Source of the DNA: Mobula hypostoma
Lineage: Eukaryota
NCBI RefSeq assembly: GCF_963921235.1
Contig: NC_086097.1
Span: 59,088,001-59,152,000, forward strand
Direction: 5' to 3'
Length of the DNA stretch: 64,000 bases
Notes under the pieces: model-generated
Databases searched by the model: none
What the model was told of the DNA's origin: nothing
The model's input: the letters and a program-made list of their open reading frames with translations, nothing else
Made by a program: the position numbers and the translations under genes
In this document: piece by piece, positions 36,499-50,299 of the stretch
Numbering within the stretch: the first letter of the stretch is position 1
Layout: the number at the start of each line of letters is the position of its first letter

Positions 36499-39400
36499 TG
36501 GCAATGCCATCATGTGGACTGGGGTAAATCTTGAATGGTTATAACTTGTGGATGATGGTGAAACTGATTGGAGCTCAGCGTTTGGTTCTTATCACTACTT
36601 GCTACAATGAGTAGTGAGACAACGTCTGCTGACCATCTGCACTCCTCATGCTGGGGGAGCAGACAGTGCTTAAAGTTGGCAACTCCAATCTATGAAATGA
36701 AATGAAGGGAATGATATACTGTACCTCCAGGTAAGGTGTTAGATGACTTGGGCCTCCCCCTGCAGGTTTCAAAGTACCAACACCACCCTTTTGGCGATTC
36801 TGTTTACGAAGAAGAGGAAGCTCCCACGAGTTGGTGATATGCTTTTGATAAAAAGGACACAATGCAGGCAGCATGTCCACAAAGTGACATGATGGTAGAC
36901 TGTAATGAAAGCTCAGAATGGTTAACTGTGGAAATGCAGCCACTTAATATACACTAAATGAGAGAGTTTGGAGTTGCAAAGAACTGCTTTCTCAAACTAG
37001 ATGAACTTGTTTCCGGTGGAATATTTTCATAAATGTAAGAGATGCATCATTCTATTACTTTGTACATATACAATGTGATCCAGCAGCCAGAATAACTAAA
37101 TGACTGTGTTTCTGGTCAGATGTTGCTGTTTGAGGTAATGGTCAATAATATTAATTGTTGAGGGGAAATGGTGAGACATAGTGATGATGGGCAGGACTGG
37201 CATCTAGAGTGGTATGATGCTGACTAGAGAATCCGTGAAGCATGTGTGGAGCAGTGCAATTGAGAAACATGGCATGCATCAGCCATTGGTGCCTGGAATT
37301 TCTATAGGTAGAGTAGTGGGTTTAGTGCACAACTGCATCTCTTTCTTTAGGAGGAAATAGGTCCCTGCCAGGACCATAAATAGGTTTATTATCACTGTGT
37401 TGTATGATGTGAAGTTTGTGGTTTTGCAGCAGCAAAAAAAATTATAAATTACAAAATAAATACATAGTTCAAAAGAAAGGTAGTGTTCATGGATTGTGTA
37501 ATATTCTTCAATCATTCAGTGGTCAGAATGATGTTCCCAGAAGATCCCTGAAGTAATTGGGCCTCCTGATTGGAATCCTTTACAGTATGACAAAGACTTT
37601 GATGTCAGCTGCTTTCCTCTTGCTCCTGATCATAGTGAAAACCCAAAAGGACAATAGTTGCAAGCAGATGACCTTACCTTGATATTCAGCTAGAGTCACT
37701 GAGAGACTTCCAGCACCTTCAATACAATGAGGCACCTTTACCTCCACTGGAGTCCCCCATTATGCTCTACGATTCATAAACACCTAACAAAGTGCAGGTA
37801 CAACGTTAGGTACCAAAATTTGGTCATGCATTCCTCAGTATATCCTGTTCTAAGTTAGACACATGCTAATCAGATTTGATAAAGAAAATAAAAACTCAAC
37901 TGACAGTTGTACAAGGTTTGAGCTTGTCTCTGTGTATCCATTTACTTTGTGTGTAGATATGTTACACATCAGGAATCAAAAGTTGTGTTTGGGTCTATGC
38001 ATCTTAAGGTCAGATTTTGTGATTGATTTTATGTTATAATTTAATTGCACAGCACATAAAGGACGTGAATGAACATCTAATCAATAGTCTTTTGATTAAT
38101 TTCGTTTGAATTCATATTAAGTATTTAGGATACACCAAGTATCCTAATGTTAGTATTCAAAGTAAAACATCATAATGGCTCCTACTTATATAGATTCAAT
38201 GGTTTGTGTATTTGTTACCTTAATTTTAGTTATTTCAAAAATACTTTGTTGGAGATCTACAATTCAACATAAGAGGGATGTTCAAGCTGTTCAATCAAAA
38301 CATTTCAGAAATCTGTGTAATATCTTTTAGTTAAGGTTGTATGTGGTAGTTTTGTCTCAGTCAATTACGTACTGTGTGCAGCACAGACTCCTCAGCAATA
38401 CAAGGTTGATTAAGTCACATTCATTGAATACCATTTGCGTTGAATCAAATTCAATGCAATTGGCTCTTTTTGATTATTTGTTGTCTCTTTTTTCAAATCT
38501 CTTGCAAGTATGAGGATATTATATATATAACATGTGAAGGCTGGGAGAACACAACACTCAGACAACTAGTAGTTCTCCTGGGCCTGTAAATTAGGTGGCA
38601 GCCAGCCAACTCTTCTTGGACAGTATCTCATTCTGTAACATGTTTAAGCACCAATATTGTTACACAGAAGGAAGGCAAGAGCCATCTTCAGGTTCCAAAT
38701 AGAATTTGCCTTAATGACTAGTGGAAAGCTGACATATCTTATCCCCAGTGCATTATTATTTATTTTAACTCTGATATTTATTTTTAGTGAATCGTGAACT
38801 TTTAGTTACATATTTTACAGCACAGAAGTAGGCTTTTTGGCCCAAGTAATCAATGGCAACCTAAGGGTATCACACCTAATGGATTTGGATAATAATGATC
38901 AGATAACTAAAAACCCAAATAAATATTTTTGTCAATATAAGGTCCAGATTGCAGCCATACTATGAAAATCTCAATTATTATCTGTCAATCTTCCACAGCT
39001 TTACTTACGGGAGTTACAGGCTTCAGTTAACCAGGGTTAGTGATAATTGGGTCTGAGCACAGATATATTAAAATCATGTATTCTATTATAGGTGCAGCTA
39101 TTATAAATTATTTTTGCCTGCATTCATTACAGAATCTATCTTTCCAAATTTACTGTTATTATTTCCCAATGCCCTCAATAGAATTGCAGCAATTTCAGAT
39201 GGACTGACAATAACTACAACTTTACAAGTTTACATAGGAATTTAGAATGAAGGAATGGAATAGCAATGGCATGCATACATAAGGTTTTTACTTTGTTATA
39301 GAGATTGCAAAAATATTTCTGATCTCAAACAGAGGCACAGTGAATTTTCTCAATCATAATGAAATTTTGCTATTATTCATTAAATATGAAATTGTTTTCA

Positions 39401-39999
39401 CAATTACAGACATATGACAGCAAGGGCTTTATTCATTACACTGGCAGTCCAAGTTCTACTCAGACAATTGCTTCTTTTTATTTGTGAAGTATACTTCACA
39501 AATATATCCATAACACCAAGCCAATGGGGAGAAATTAGTTTGGTATTTCATTTACATCATTGAAGACCCTATTTTGAATGGATGATTTTATTTCATTGTT
39601 AAGTTTGGGTGTTTGATAATATTATCACTGTAATTCACATCATGGGCCATAGAGGCCACTGTTGCTTTGCAGATGTTATGATGAAATATTGGGGCCTAGA
39701 AATTAGTCACTACTGTATTTTCTAGCTTTAGCAATCTCATTAACGCTATTTCAGAGAGCTCTTAAAAATGCAAAAATCATTAGTGCCAACTTCAAGACTG
39801 TTGCTGCAAGTGAAGCAAGTAAACAAGGCAGAACTACAAATAGGCCTTCTATTCCTGAAGGCAGTAACTCTCAACTAAGCACTGTATCTGCTACAAAATG
39901 CTTCAGAGTCATGGTACATGACACAAAGTAGATCCTAAAATATTTGTGCACATATAAGCCCTGCTATCCCTGAAGTAGAACAATATTACATGAGGCTTC

Positions 40000-41565
40000 C
40001 GAGCCCTCTGTTATTTCCTTGAACAAAGCAGGAAGGTCAGCGGGCCTTCCAGTTCTTTCTTGATCAGTGATTTTTCCTCCATCATGAACAAAGAATTCCC
40101 TCTTGAACAAAGACCAACTAGTTCTCCTCCCCTTGCTAACACCCCCCTCTCCTTAGCTGCAATAACTTATCTTTGAAGTCCTTCTAAGGGGTAGCCATGG
40201 GCACATAACCAGCTATATTAGTCTTTTTGTTGGGTACATGGTACAGTCCACATTCCAAGCCTATTCTGACACAACCCCCAGCTACTTCACCTCTGCATAA
40301 GCGCTATTCTCCGCTCATGCAGAACTCAATGCTGCCAATATCTGACCTGCTCTCAAATTCTTGTGGACTATGTCTGACACTTATCTATCTTTTCTGGATC
40401 TCTCTGACTCCATGTCAGAAGACAGACTCAAAACTGACATCTTCGATAAACTCACTGATCTCTGTAGCAGCCTCAGCTGTACCCCACCTAACCTGTCTCC
40501 TAAGAATGCTATCCCCTTTTTCTGCATTTTTTTCTTCTCCACTGCATTTGTCATCAAGAGCAGACCTTCAACACCAGGGCGTCTGAAATGTCTTACTTCA
40601 TCTAGATGCATGGCTTAGCCTCTGCTATGGCTAATAGAGCCATTACTCACATTCCTCCACATTCTACACATCTGCTCTCACACTCCTCTCTCGAAAACAG
40701 AACAGCAGTCTTCATCTTCCACCTCAGCACTTTCCAGATCCAACACATCATCCTCTGCCATTTTTGCCAGCTCTAATATGATCCCACCATAATTACATCT
40801 TCCCCTTTCCCCCCCTTTTAGCTTTCCTTTGGGAGTACAATCTTTGTGACTTCCTGGCCTGCTCATCCCTCCCCTCCCACCTTTCCTCTTGCCTTGACAC
40901 CTCCCCGCTCTCCACCATCCAGTGACCTAAACAGCTTTTCCAGACAAAGCAAAGGACCACCAGCATCTCTTTCAACTGGTCTACCACTTTCGGTGCTCAT
41001 GAGGTGGGGACTGCTACAATGGGAAAACCAAGAATAGACCAGACAACTGGTTTTTGGAGTACATGTACACTGTATACAACAGCCATCTTATTGATTGTCA
41101 TTTTAATTCTCCTTCCCATTCCCTCACCGGCCAGACCGTCCTCGGCCTGCTTCATTGTTATAGAGAGGCCAAAGCGAACTGAAAGAATACCATCTCATCG
41201 TATGCTTGTGTATGGATACTGATTTTTTTTTTCAATTTTGGGACACATCCATCCCTCGTGCTCTTCTTCAACACACACTCACCAGTCCACACTCTTTTCT
41301 TCTCCCATTTTTCACCTTTCCCTTCCTCTTCCCCCTACCTCTAGTTTCACTTTCACAGCAACCCCTGTCAACTGGTTCCACCTATTATCCACCAGCTCCT
41401 GTCCCAATCCCCCTCCCTTGTGCTGTTCCTCTTCCTTCTCAGTCCTAATGCAGAATCACAATCCAAAATGTTAGCTTGCACTTTCTTGCCTCCACAGAGA
41501 CTCATTGAGTTCTTTTAGATTATTTTTTTAAATTCAAGATTCCAACGTCTGCAATCTCTTTTGTT
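40000..41565 (+). mobile_element. Decayed Penelope-like element (RT, GIY-YIG, terminal repeat)
   Basis: GVAMGT..SY..LFVGYM (40189-40240) and WTMSDTYLSFLDLS.SMSEDRLKTDIFDKLTD RT motifs. GIY-YIG remnant at ~40950-41210, pyrimidine tract, and hammerhead relic at 41441-41476. Confidence 0.82.
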
Positions 41566-41686
41566 TTCATATCCCACTGTTTTGTTTCTAGCCCCATTGC
41601 ATTCTGTCTGCCTTTTTTCAATCGTTTTGAAACAACTTTAAGGAGAAAGTAGTACATTCTAAGTGCTGCTGGGCTCCCTCAACCTT

Positions 41687-42262
41687 CAGATCAGAACCAG
41701 AATCACAATCAAGTTTATTATCACTGACGTATAGTGCAAATTGTTGTTTTGCAGAAGCAGTACAGCGTATTTCATATATGTTTTATTACAATAATGCAAA
41801 AAGTGAGCAATATGGTGAGGTAGTTTTCTTGGGACCATTCAGAAATCTGATGGTAGAGGGGAAGAAACTAAGTGTGCATCTTCAGGCTCCTCTACCTCCT
41901 CCCTGATGGTAATAATGAGAAGAGGGCATGTCCTGATGGCGAGGGCCTCTAATGATTGATGCTGCCTTCTTGAGCAGCTGCCTTTTGAAAATGTCCTCAA
42001 TGGTGGGGAGATTTGGCCCATAATAGAGTTGGATAAGTCTAAACCCTCTGCTGCATTTTTGAATCCTGTGCTTTGGAACTTCTGTACCAGATGGTGATGC
42101 AACTACTCAGAATATTCTCCGTTGTATGTCTGAAGAAGTTTGGTAGAATCTTTCCATACCAGATCTCCTCAGCCTCCTAATGATGTGCAGCTGCTGGCTT
42201 TACTTTCTTGACTTTCTCTTCCTGAATCCACAGTCAATTCCTTGGTCTTGCTGATACTGAAT
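41687..42262 (-). mobile_element. Rex1/Babar 3' stub
   Basis: (CAGAAT)-type tail with GTTTATTATCACTG, and an RT C-terminal remnant. Confidence 0.75.
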
Positions 42263-42814
42263 GTGCTAAGCACGTGCCAATTGTGGAAATGGTCTACTCT
42301 GAGTCACCTTTTCTGTGATTTTGAAGGGAAAGGATCACAGTCTGAAGAAGGGACTAGACTAGGAAACCAATCACATTTCGCAGAGCACTGCCAGGCAGAC
42401 CTCCAATTAGTTAAGCTTGGTAGGTCCTTGAAAGTCTCCAGCAAGTAGACTGTGCTGTACAAATGCCAGCTACAGAAAACAGTGAGTTGATGGCATAGTG
42501 CAACTAGATGCAGAGTATGCAGGGATATTGAGTAGTTATTCCAGAGGGAGATACTGTGAGGTCTCAGAGAAGTCACTGATGCTCTGGGAGGAGGTGTGAA
42601 TTGCATAAGGACTGGACTGGACACATGGTTTTAGTTTGCAGCTGGGAGGCCACTGGGAGAAACTTTATTCTGACTCTCAGCAACAGGTAGATGTATTTCA
42701 CAAACTTCACAAAATAGGGCCAATTAATGAATGTGTTTGAAAGGATAAAAGGGTTCACCCTTGTTGAAATGCTTGAATAAGTTTACTTGTGTTATCTTTA
42801 CAATGATCTCTGGG

Positions 42815-43517
42815 AAATGCTGAAGTGTTGGGAGTGGTGGTAGAGGCTGATACAATAAGAACATTTAAAAGACTCTTAGGTAGTTCACCAGATTGATTCC
42901 TGGGATGGCAGGACTTTCATATGAAGAAAGACTGGATGAACTGGGCTTGTACTCGTTGGAATTTAGAAGATTGAGGGGGGATCTGATTGAAACGTATAAG
43001 ATCCTAAAGGGATTGGACAGGCTAGATGCAGGAAGATTGTTCCCGATGTTGGGGAAGTCCAGAACAAGGGGTCACAGTTTGAGGATAGAGGGGAAGCCTT
43101 TTAGGACTGAGATTAGGAAAAACTTCTTCACACAGAGAGTGGTGAATCTGTGGAATTCTCTGCCACAGGAAACTGTTGAGGCCAGTTCATTGGCTATGTT
43201 TAAGAGGGAGTTAGATATGGCCCTTGTGGCTACAGGGGTCAGGGGGTATGGAGGGAAGGCTGGGGCGGGGTTCTGAGTTGGATGATCAGCCATGATCATA
43301 ATAAATGGCGGTGCAGGCTCGAAGGGCCGAATGGCCTACTCCTGCACCTATTTTCTATGTTTCTATGTTTCTATAAGCATATGGATGTAAGAAAAATGGT
43401 TTGTGTAGGAGGGAAGGGTTAGATTGATGATGGGGTATGTTTATATGCTGCAATAGGTGGGTGTAAGATTGTGGGCTGACGGGTCTGTGCTGTGTTGTAC
43501 TGTTCAATGTTCTATGG
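42815..43517 (+). mobile_element. Old CR1 3' end containing a young CR1 3' insertion (42883-43373)
   Basis: The inner copy has an uninterrupted RT C-terminus IPGMAGLSYEERLDELGLYSLEFRRLRGDLIETYK...FFTQRVVNLWNSLP and a (TTTCTATG)n tail. Outer GACTCTTAGG|TAAGCATATGGATG is contiguous once it is removed. Confidence 0.88.
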
Positions 43518-44790
43518 TCATCAGCTGCATAGATAGGAAAGCAGGATTCTGGCAGGCGTTTCCAAACTGTGGTTTGTTACAATAGCAAAGTGATGTTTCA
43601 CAAATTTCTGTTGGAGTTTTGGCAGTCAGCAGAGACAGTAAAGGAGGATAAACTGCTGAAGAAGGTGATTTATATTGCACCACAAACTAGAAAGAAGCAG
43701 ATGGAAGAGCACTGCAAAGTGGACAATCAGGCAACAGCTCCAGAATAGATCAGGAATCTTCTGCATAAAAAGGTGCTGGCTGACCTAAAAAAAATCTCCA
43801 TGTACGCCAGAAAATTCCCAGTTCATGGGTTGGCCTGGGATCTTGAGGGCTGTGGTTTCAGAAGTGAGGGACAGTTCTATGTTTACCCACATAGTAGAAA
43901 CTATATTCAGAAAGAAGGACACAAAGCATGGTAAGATCTAAAGTTGTTTACCACACATAAGATGGCAGGTCTGCAAATAATAGAAGATGCAGGCAAGCAT
44001 GCAAACCATCAGTTGGGAAAAGAAGCAAAGAGGCCAAAGGTGACTAAATGTTGAGGGTGTGAATGGTCCATCAGTGACCAAGATGTCACAAATAGGGTTT
44101 GTATGGTAGATTCAGGACTGTGAAGAAAATTACATTCTGAAACCAGGGTGTGTTGGATACTGATGACAAAAACTGTTGGAATCAAGAGATAGGCTTTGAG
44201 TAAATGAAACAAGTCCTAACAACAATATTCAGGTTACCCATCACATACCATATGCCTGATTAGTATTCCTCGGGGAATTTCAAACTGAGAGCTTTTATTC
44301 CATGAATGAGATGGGGCAAAATTGAGGCCTGGCAATTTCATTCATAACCTGCTGTGCTGGGACCACACCACACTTGGCCCACTAGTTACCAATGAAAGCA
44401 AAGAAACAGCTCTTGCATGAAAAATCAAAGAAAGTCCAAAAAAGTATTAAATACACAGTCAAGGGGTTAACTTGGGAAAAGAGCAAGGCCTACCGAGCAC
44501 CAGTAGACTCTCCTGTGTGCATGTAGATATGTTCCTCCATGAATATTTTCCAGTTGTCTTTAGAAAAGCAATAGATTTGATGTTGTCATTTAGGAGGAGG
44601 TGTTAAGGGGAGATTAGCATCTTTGAAAATGGATGGCCACAGAGCCATAGGGAATATATTCTGGGCTGTCAGAAATGTAAGGGAAGGAATTACAGAGGTC
44701 TGATCATTGTTTCTGGCTCCAGGAGTGGAGCTGGGGGGCTGGAGGACCGGAGGTCAGATAATACTTATTAAAGAAAGAAGTGATAACCAT

Positions 44791-45001
44791 GCAACACACA
44801 CAAAATGCTGGAGGAACTTAGCAGGCTAGGCAACATGTATGGAAAAAAGTACAGGCGATGTTTTGGGCCAAAAGTCTTCGGCAGGTTTTAGCCCGAAATG
44901 TCGACTGTAATTTTTCCCATAGATCATGCCTGGTCTGCTGAGATCCTCCAGCATTTTGTGTGTGCTGCTTGGATTTCCAGCATCTGCAGATTTTTCCTTG
45001 T
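44791..45001. mobile_element. Penelope-derived fold-back mini-element with two fused hammerhead halves
   Basis: GCAACACACACAAAATGCTGGAGGA ... TCCTCCAGCATTTTGTGTGTGCTGC arms. TSD AAGTGATAAC(C/T)AT at 44778-44790 and 45002-45014. Confidence 0.85.
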
Positions 45002-46230
45002 AAGTGATAACTATACTCATTAGGGCCTGTTGAACTTCAGAGGTGGACAAATTAGCAGACAGTATTAATCTTCATTTTGAAAGTCACAGGTTAATCAAAA
45101 ATACATGCATTTTGAATGTAAAGTCATGGTTGATAAAATTTACTGAATTCTTTGAGGTAATGCCCTCGGACAGGTGAAACACACAGTTTGTTTTGAATGG
45201 CCATCACTTCCTATATGTCTTTTTATATCATTTCTGGTGTAGGTTAATTTGGATTCAATTTGAAACACAGAGTGGAAAGACATCTATCTCCATCCTCTCT
45301 TTATTTGCCCTTGAAACAGCAAGATCTGTGAGTCTTAAGTTTCTGTTAATATTGGTAAACATTTAGTAGATATATTTTGAAGGAAGTATTATGTTTATCG
45401 TTTATCATTATTGAGACCTTATTGAGCCATGTAAAGTAACTTCTTTACACTGCAGAGTTATGGAGTACTACATATCTGTATTACCTTAATTTACACCAAT
45501 TATGTGAATAATTGGCAGTATTAGTATATTAAAATGCATGAAAATTCTGTATTGAATTAAATATGTATTTACTTCCTGCAGTTTCACGAAAAAGATCTCA
45601 TTAAAAACCCTGAGGAAAGCTTTCGTCTTGGGCAAAGGCATATGAAGCAACAGCTGACTTAGACAGTGGTTAGTCTCTAACCAGAATTAGTCACAACAGC
45701 CAATGCAGCTTACTAAAGAATATGTTCAAACGCACTTTGGCTATAAAAAAGACAGGTCTCCAGCTCTAAAAGGAGAAGCTGTCCACATCACACAGCCAAC
45801 ATGCCTCTCACATAGTCCCAGTAAAGTCATCAGGTCTGCAGCAGCAAAGACCCACAACAGTCTCCTCTGCAGTTTCCACAGCACAGGCTTTAGTCAAGAG
45901 TTGATACTGATGCCAAATCTATGTGCATTGACATGGACCGACTGAGCCACCCCAGGACACACATTTGGCAAACCAGTCTCCACAATGCTCTCATTCAGGA
46001 GCTGCAGGTGCATTGGATTTGGCTTGGCATCTAGCTCATCAAAACCTCATCACAGCAGGAATAAAAGTGTTGGACAGCCAGTCTGCCAGTTATCTGTCCT
46101 GGAAGTCAGGCTTTAATAATGCCATGGAAGGATTAAGTGTCAAACCTAACGAAAGCTAGACCTTCTCTGTAAGTGGCTTGATGGAAATCACTGCAACATT
46201 CAAGAAGACTAGGACTTTAAAGTCCTAGGT

Positions 46231-46640
46231 TAGGACTTTATTCCTTGGAGCGTAGAAGAATGAGGGGAGATTTGATAGAGGTGTATAAAATTATGATGGG
46301 TATAGATAGAGTGAGTGCAAGCAGTCTTTTTCCACTGAGGCTAGGGGAGAAAAAAACCAGAGGACATGGGTTAAGGGAGAAGGGGGAAAAGTTTAAAGGG
46401 AACATTGGGGGGGCTTCTTCACATAGAGAGTGGTGGGAGTGTGGAATGAGCTGCCAGATGAAGTGGCAAATGCGGGCTCACTTTTAACATTTAAGCAAAA
46501 CTTGGACAAGTACATGGATGAGAGGTGTATGGAGGGATATGGTCGCAGTGCAAGTCAGTGGGACTAGGCAGAAAAATGGTTCAGCACAGCCAAGAGGGGC
46601 CAAAAGGCCTGTTTCTGTGCTGTAATGTTCTGTGGTCCTA
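46231..46640 (+). mobile_element. CR1 3' end fragment
   Basis: LERRRMRGDLIEVYKIMMGIDRV...TRGHGL and GGCCTGTTTCTGTGCTGTAATGTTC tail. Confidence 0.85.
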
Positions 46641-46649
46641 AGAGTTAGA

Positions 46650-48672
46650 GGAGTTCACATTATAATCCAGCTATGGGTTTACCAATGCTGTGACAGAGCT
46701 GGACAAACACTATGGCTCTCCAAATGCTATTGAAGAATCTCTCTTTAACAGATTAGATAATTTTCCAAAGCACTCACACAAAAACATTGGAAGCTACAGG
46801 AGCTTGCAGATCTGTTGTCGGAACTGCAAGCTGCAAAAAAATGAGGGTAGGACTGAACTTCTTGGATATGGCACAAGGAATAACTTTTATAGCGGAGAAA
46901 CGACACAACAAGTGCAAGAACAGTGGAACCTGAAGGGTTTGAGTATAAAATGATGCATCATACCGTTTTCATTCTTTGTGGAATGCATCTGCCACCACGC
47001 AGAAATGCAAAATGACCCTAGTTTTATGCTGTCAACTTTAGATAACACGTTATTCAAAGAGAGATCTCCAGCAAAAGCATGGAAAACCAGAACCCTTATC
47101 GTGGTCAACAAAACTGAAGTAGAAAACTCTATTATGAACCTTGATGGTCAATGCCTGTTCATAAGAAACCTCAACCCCTAAGGAAATGCAGAGGATTCAA
47201 AGAAAAACCACTTGCAGACTGGAGGCGTTTACTAAAGGAACATTCATTATGTTTCAAATGTTGTGCTTCAACAGCACTTCATCAGTCTAAGCAAAGGACG
47301 GTAAAGCTATCATGCACTGCACCTAGTGCAAAAGTGAACAGCACATATCAGCACTTCATTCAGGGCCAGCAGCTTGGGCTACTACTGGTTCCGGTACACC
47401 TGCATCAGAGCACGGCGGGAGGCCAGCAGAGTATCCATCAGATGTTGCTACTTTCTCATGCACAGAGGTCAGTGGGAAAGGCTTCCTAGGCAAATCCTGC
47501 TCTAAAGTATGTCTAGCCAATATATACACAAAAGGACATCCTGAGCAAAAAATAAAGTGGCATATTGGATAATCAGAGCAATATGCTTTGGGCAAAATGA
47601 ACATTTTTTGACATATTTGGTACTCGAAGTTTTGTTTCCCTATACACGCCAAAGACTTGTTCTGGAGCATCAGAATTTGCCAGAAGAAGAGCCAGTGGAT
47701 TTGTCGTGGACTCAATAGGAGGGGGAGTTCTGCTTATGTTTGCCAACCCTCAATGAGTGTGATCATATTCCCAACAATAGGGATGAAGTCCCAACTCTTG
47801 AAGCTGCACGCTGTCATTCCCATCTCAAGGCCATAGTTGACAAGATTCCCCATGTAACTCTGCTTGAGATTCTCCTGTTGCTTGGCGGAGACACTGTCGG
47901 TGCACATAAGTTAGGTGACCATGTGTAATGGTCAGCAGAATGGATCCAGCAAATGGATCTGGGTTGGGTCACAGTGGTGAAGTCTGCCACAATGGTGCTT
48001 GTCAGCCCACTGTCAGCATATTTAAGACTAACATCTTGGTTCCCAAGTCATCGCAGGTTCTGTGAGAGTACAGTCTATATGAAAGGAAAGATTGTAGATA
48101 AGCAAACCAAGCACGCTGACATACTTACCTCTGGTCTATCAGATTTAGGCAGGCTAGTCTCTGTCACTTGGAAGCAGATATTAAGCTGACAACTTCCATC
48201 GAAGATAAGGTCTTCCTCTGAATCATGAACAGGGAGTTTATCAAAGACAACTCAAACAGTTAGGTAGCTCCCCTTCCTTTTCACTCCCCACGACAACTCA
48301 GACCAAACAACAGGGAGCAGCACTCTGGCCCACTCATGCCCCTCAGTCACAGATTGAGAAGGAAACCAGAAATGAAAGATCATTATGCAGAGTTCATGGA
48401 GAGACTCTTCAGGAAGACTCATGCGGAATTAGCTCTCCACCAGATCACATCAAAGGAAACAGGTATTTACCCAACGTTGGTGTTTACCACCTCCAAAAAC
48501 CTGCACAAATGCAAATCACCTTTGATTCAAGTGCACATTTCAAAGTCATATCACTGAGCAATGAGTTCTTTTGGGATCCAGAACCTAATAACAATCTTTT
48601 CAGGGTCCTCATGCACTTCAGAATGGAGTCCGTTGCAGTGAAGGCAGACATCGAACAAATGTTCCACAGCTT
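46650..48672 (+). mobile_element. BEL/Pao LTR retrotransposon, gag-protease-RT 5' part (decayed)
   Basis: LDKHYGSPNAIEESLFNRLDNFP; CPVHKKP..L.KCRGF...LCFKCC zinc knuckles; ILDNQS protease; PTLNECDHIPNNRDEVPT; FDSSA...VAVKADIEQMFHSF. Confidence 0.88.
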
Positions 48673-49045
48673 CAAAGTTCAAAGTAAGTATACTATCAAA
48701 GTACATGTATGTCACCATATGCAACTCTAAGATTCATTTCCTTGTGGGCATACACAATAAATCCAGAATAGAATAATAACAATAATAGAATCAATGAAAG
48801 ACCACACCAACTTGGACAGTCAAACACAGCGCAAAAAAAAAACAAACTGTGCAAATACAAAAAGAAAGAAATAATAATAATAATTAAATAAACAATAAAT
48901 ATCAAGAACATGAAATGAGGAGTCCTTGAAAGTGAGTCCGTAGATTATGGGAACATTTTAATGATGGGGCAAGTGAAGTTGAGTGAATTTATCTCCTTTG
49001 GTTCAAGAGCCTGATGGATGAGGGGTGATAACTGTTCCAGAACCA
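48671..49045 (-). mobile_element. Rex1/Babar 3' stub
   Basis: TTCAAAGTTCAAAGT tail. Similar to 33254-33600 and 57228-57570. Confidence 0.8.
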
Positions 49046-50299
49046 GAGTGTCAGTGAAGAAGTTATGAATGCAGATGTTGGTAAGACCCATGTTACGACA
49101 TGCACCCATCCGTGCCAGCTTCTGATGCTCTAACTCCCTGGAGTATGGATAGCTGGTGTGGCCCCTTTAAAGATTCAGGACAGCTCGGCTAATTGGCAAT
49201 CATGTTTTGGGCATCTAAGATTGAGCATTTGAAGGAGCAGCTGAACTGAGATTTGGTGCTCAATTGTAAGCCTACTTGTGATTTCGTCTAGTGTTGGTTT
49301 TGTGCTCAGATTCTCAATTCAGTTTGAAACCATGTCTTGATCCTTGCCATGGATACTCCAGCATTTGGGTCCAACCCATTCTCATCCTGGACTCTTGTAT
49401 GATTGAGCCAGTATGGACCCAGAGGGGTATCAGAGTCTTTTGTCCGCTGTGACCAGCCACAACAAAGATATTTCCTGACACAGCCTGGAGATACATGACC
49501 TCCAGGTAGCCATTGGTTAACTTTTGCAAGGAGAAGGCCAGAGATGCTTGGGAGAACCAGTCGGTCCCACTCTGGTGCCAGTACATTTTCCAACCCCAGA
49601 GAGGTTCGATGGTGCCCCAGATTCTTACCGTTGCTTCCTCATCCAGTGCTCCTCAGTTTTTGAGATCCAGCCATCCTGGTTCCCTTCAGAGTGCAAAAAG
49701 TTGGCCTTCATTATGTCTTTTCTGACTGGAAGAGCCCTGACCTGGGCCACCGCACATTGGGATTGCAGGTTGGAGATTTACTCTTACTTGAATGAATTTA
49801 TGGCTACCGTGAGGAAAGTATTTCATTACCCCACCAGAGCAAGCCGAGCCTCAGACTGACTGATGAAGGTTCAATGGGGGAATGGTCAGTAGGTGACTAT
49901 GCGATCAAGTTTCAGACCTTGGCCCGTAAGAGTGGTTGGAATGGGAAGGCTTTGGCTATGCTATACTGCCACGGACGCTGAGATAAACTGAAGGATGTCC
50001 TTGCCTTTGGAAAGCCAGCAGAGAACTTAGAGGTTCTCATTGACCAGTCCATTCATCTCGATAATCGTCTGGCAGACCATAAGTGGGACGACATCATGAG
50101 GTTGAGGGGGGCTAGCCCAATCCTGGACTCAATGCATCGCTGTTCCACTCCCCAAACTTGGACCATGGCCAGCCCATAGCCTGCTCAGGATCCAACTGAA
50201 TCCATGCACATTGATTGCACTAAACTCTCGGTGATGAGAGCTGTTGCTTTTACTGCGGGGCTGCGATGGGCTAACGAGCTGCATCTCTGGAGATGTCCA

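Noticed and set aside
38125..38147. 9-bp hairpin TTAGGATAC-N5-GTATCCTAA (similar one at ~5558-5578)
   Set aside because: Stems of this length are expected by chance in AT-rich DNA, and intrinsic terminators do not apply to this eukaryotic context.
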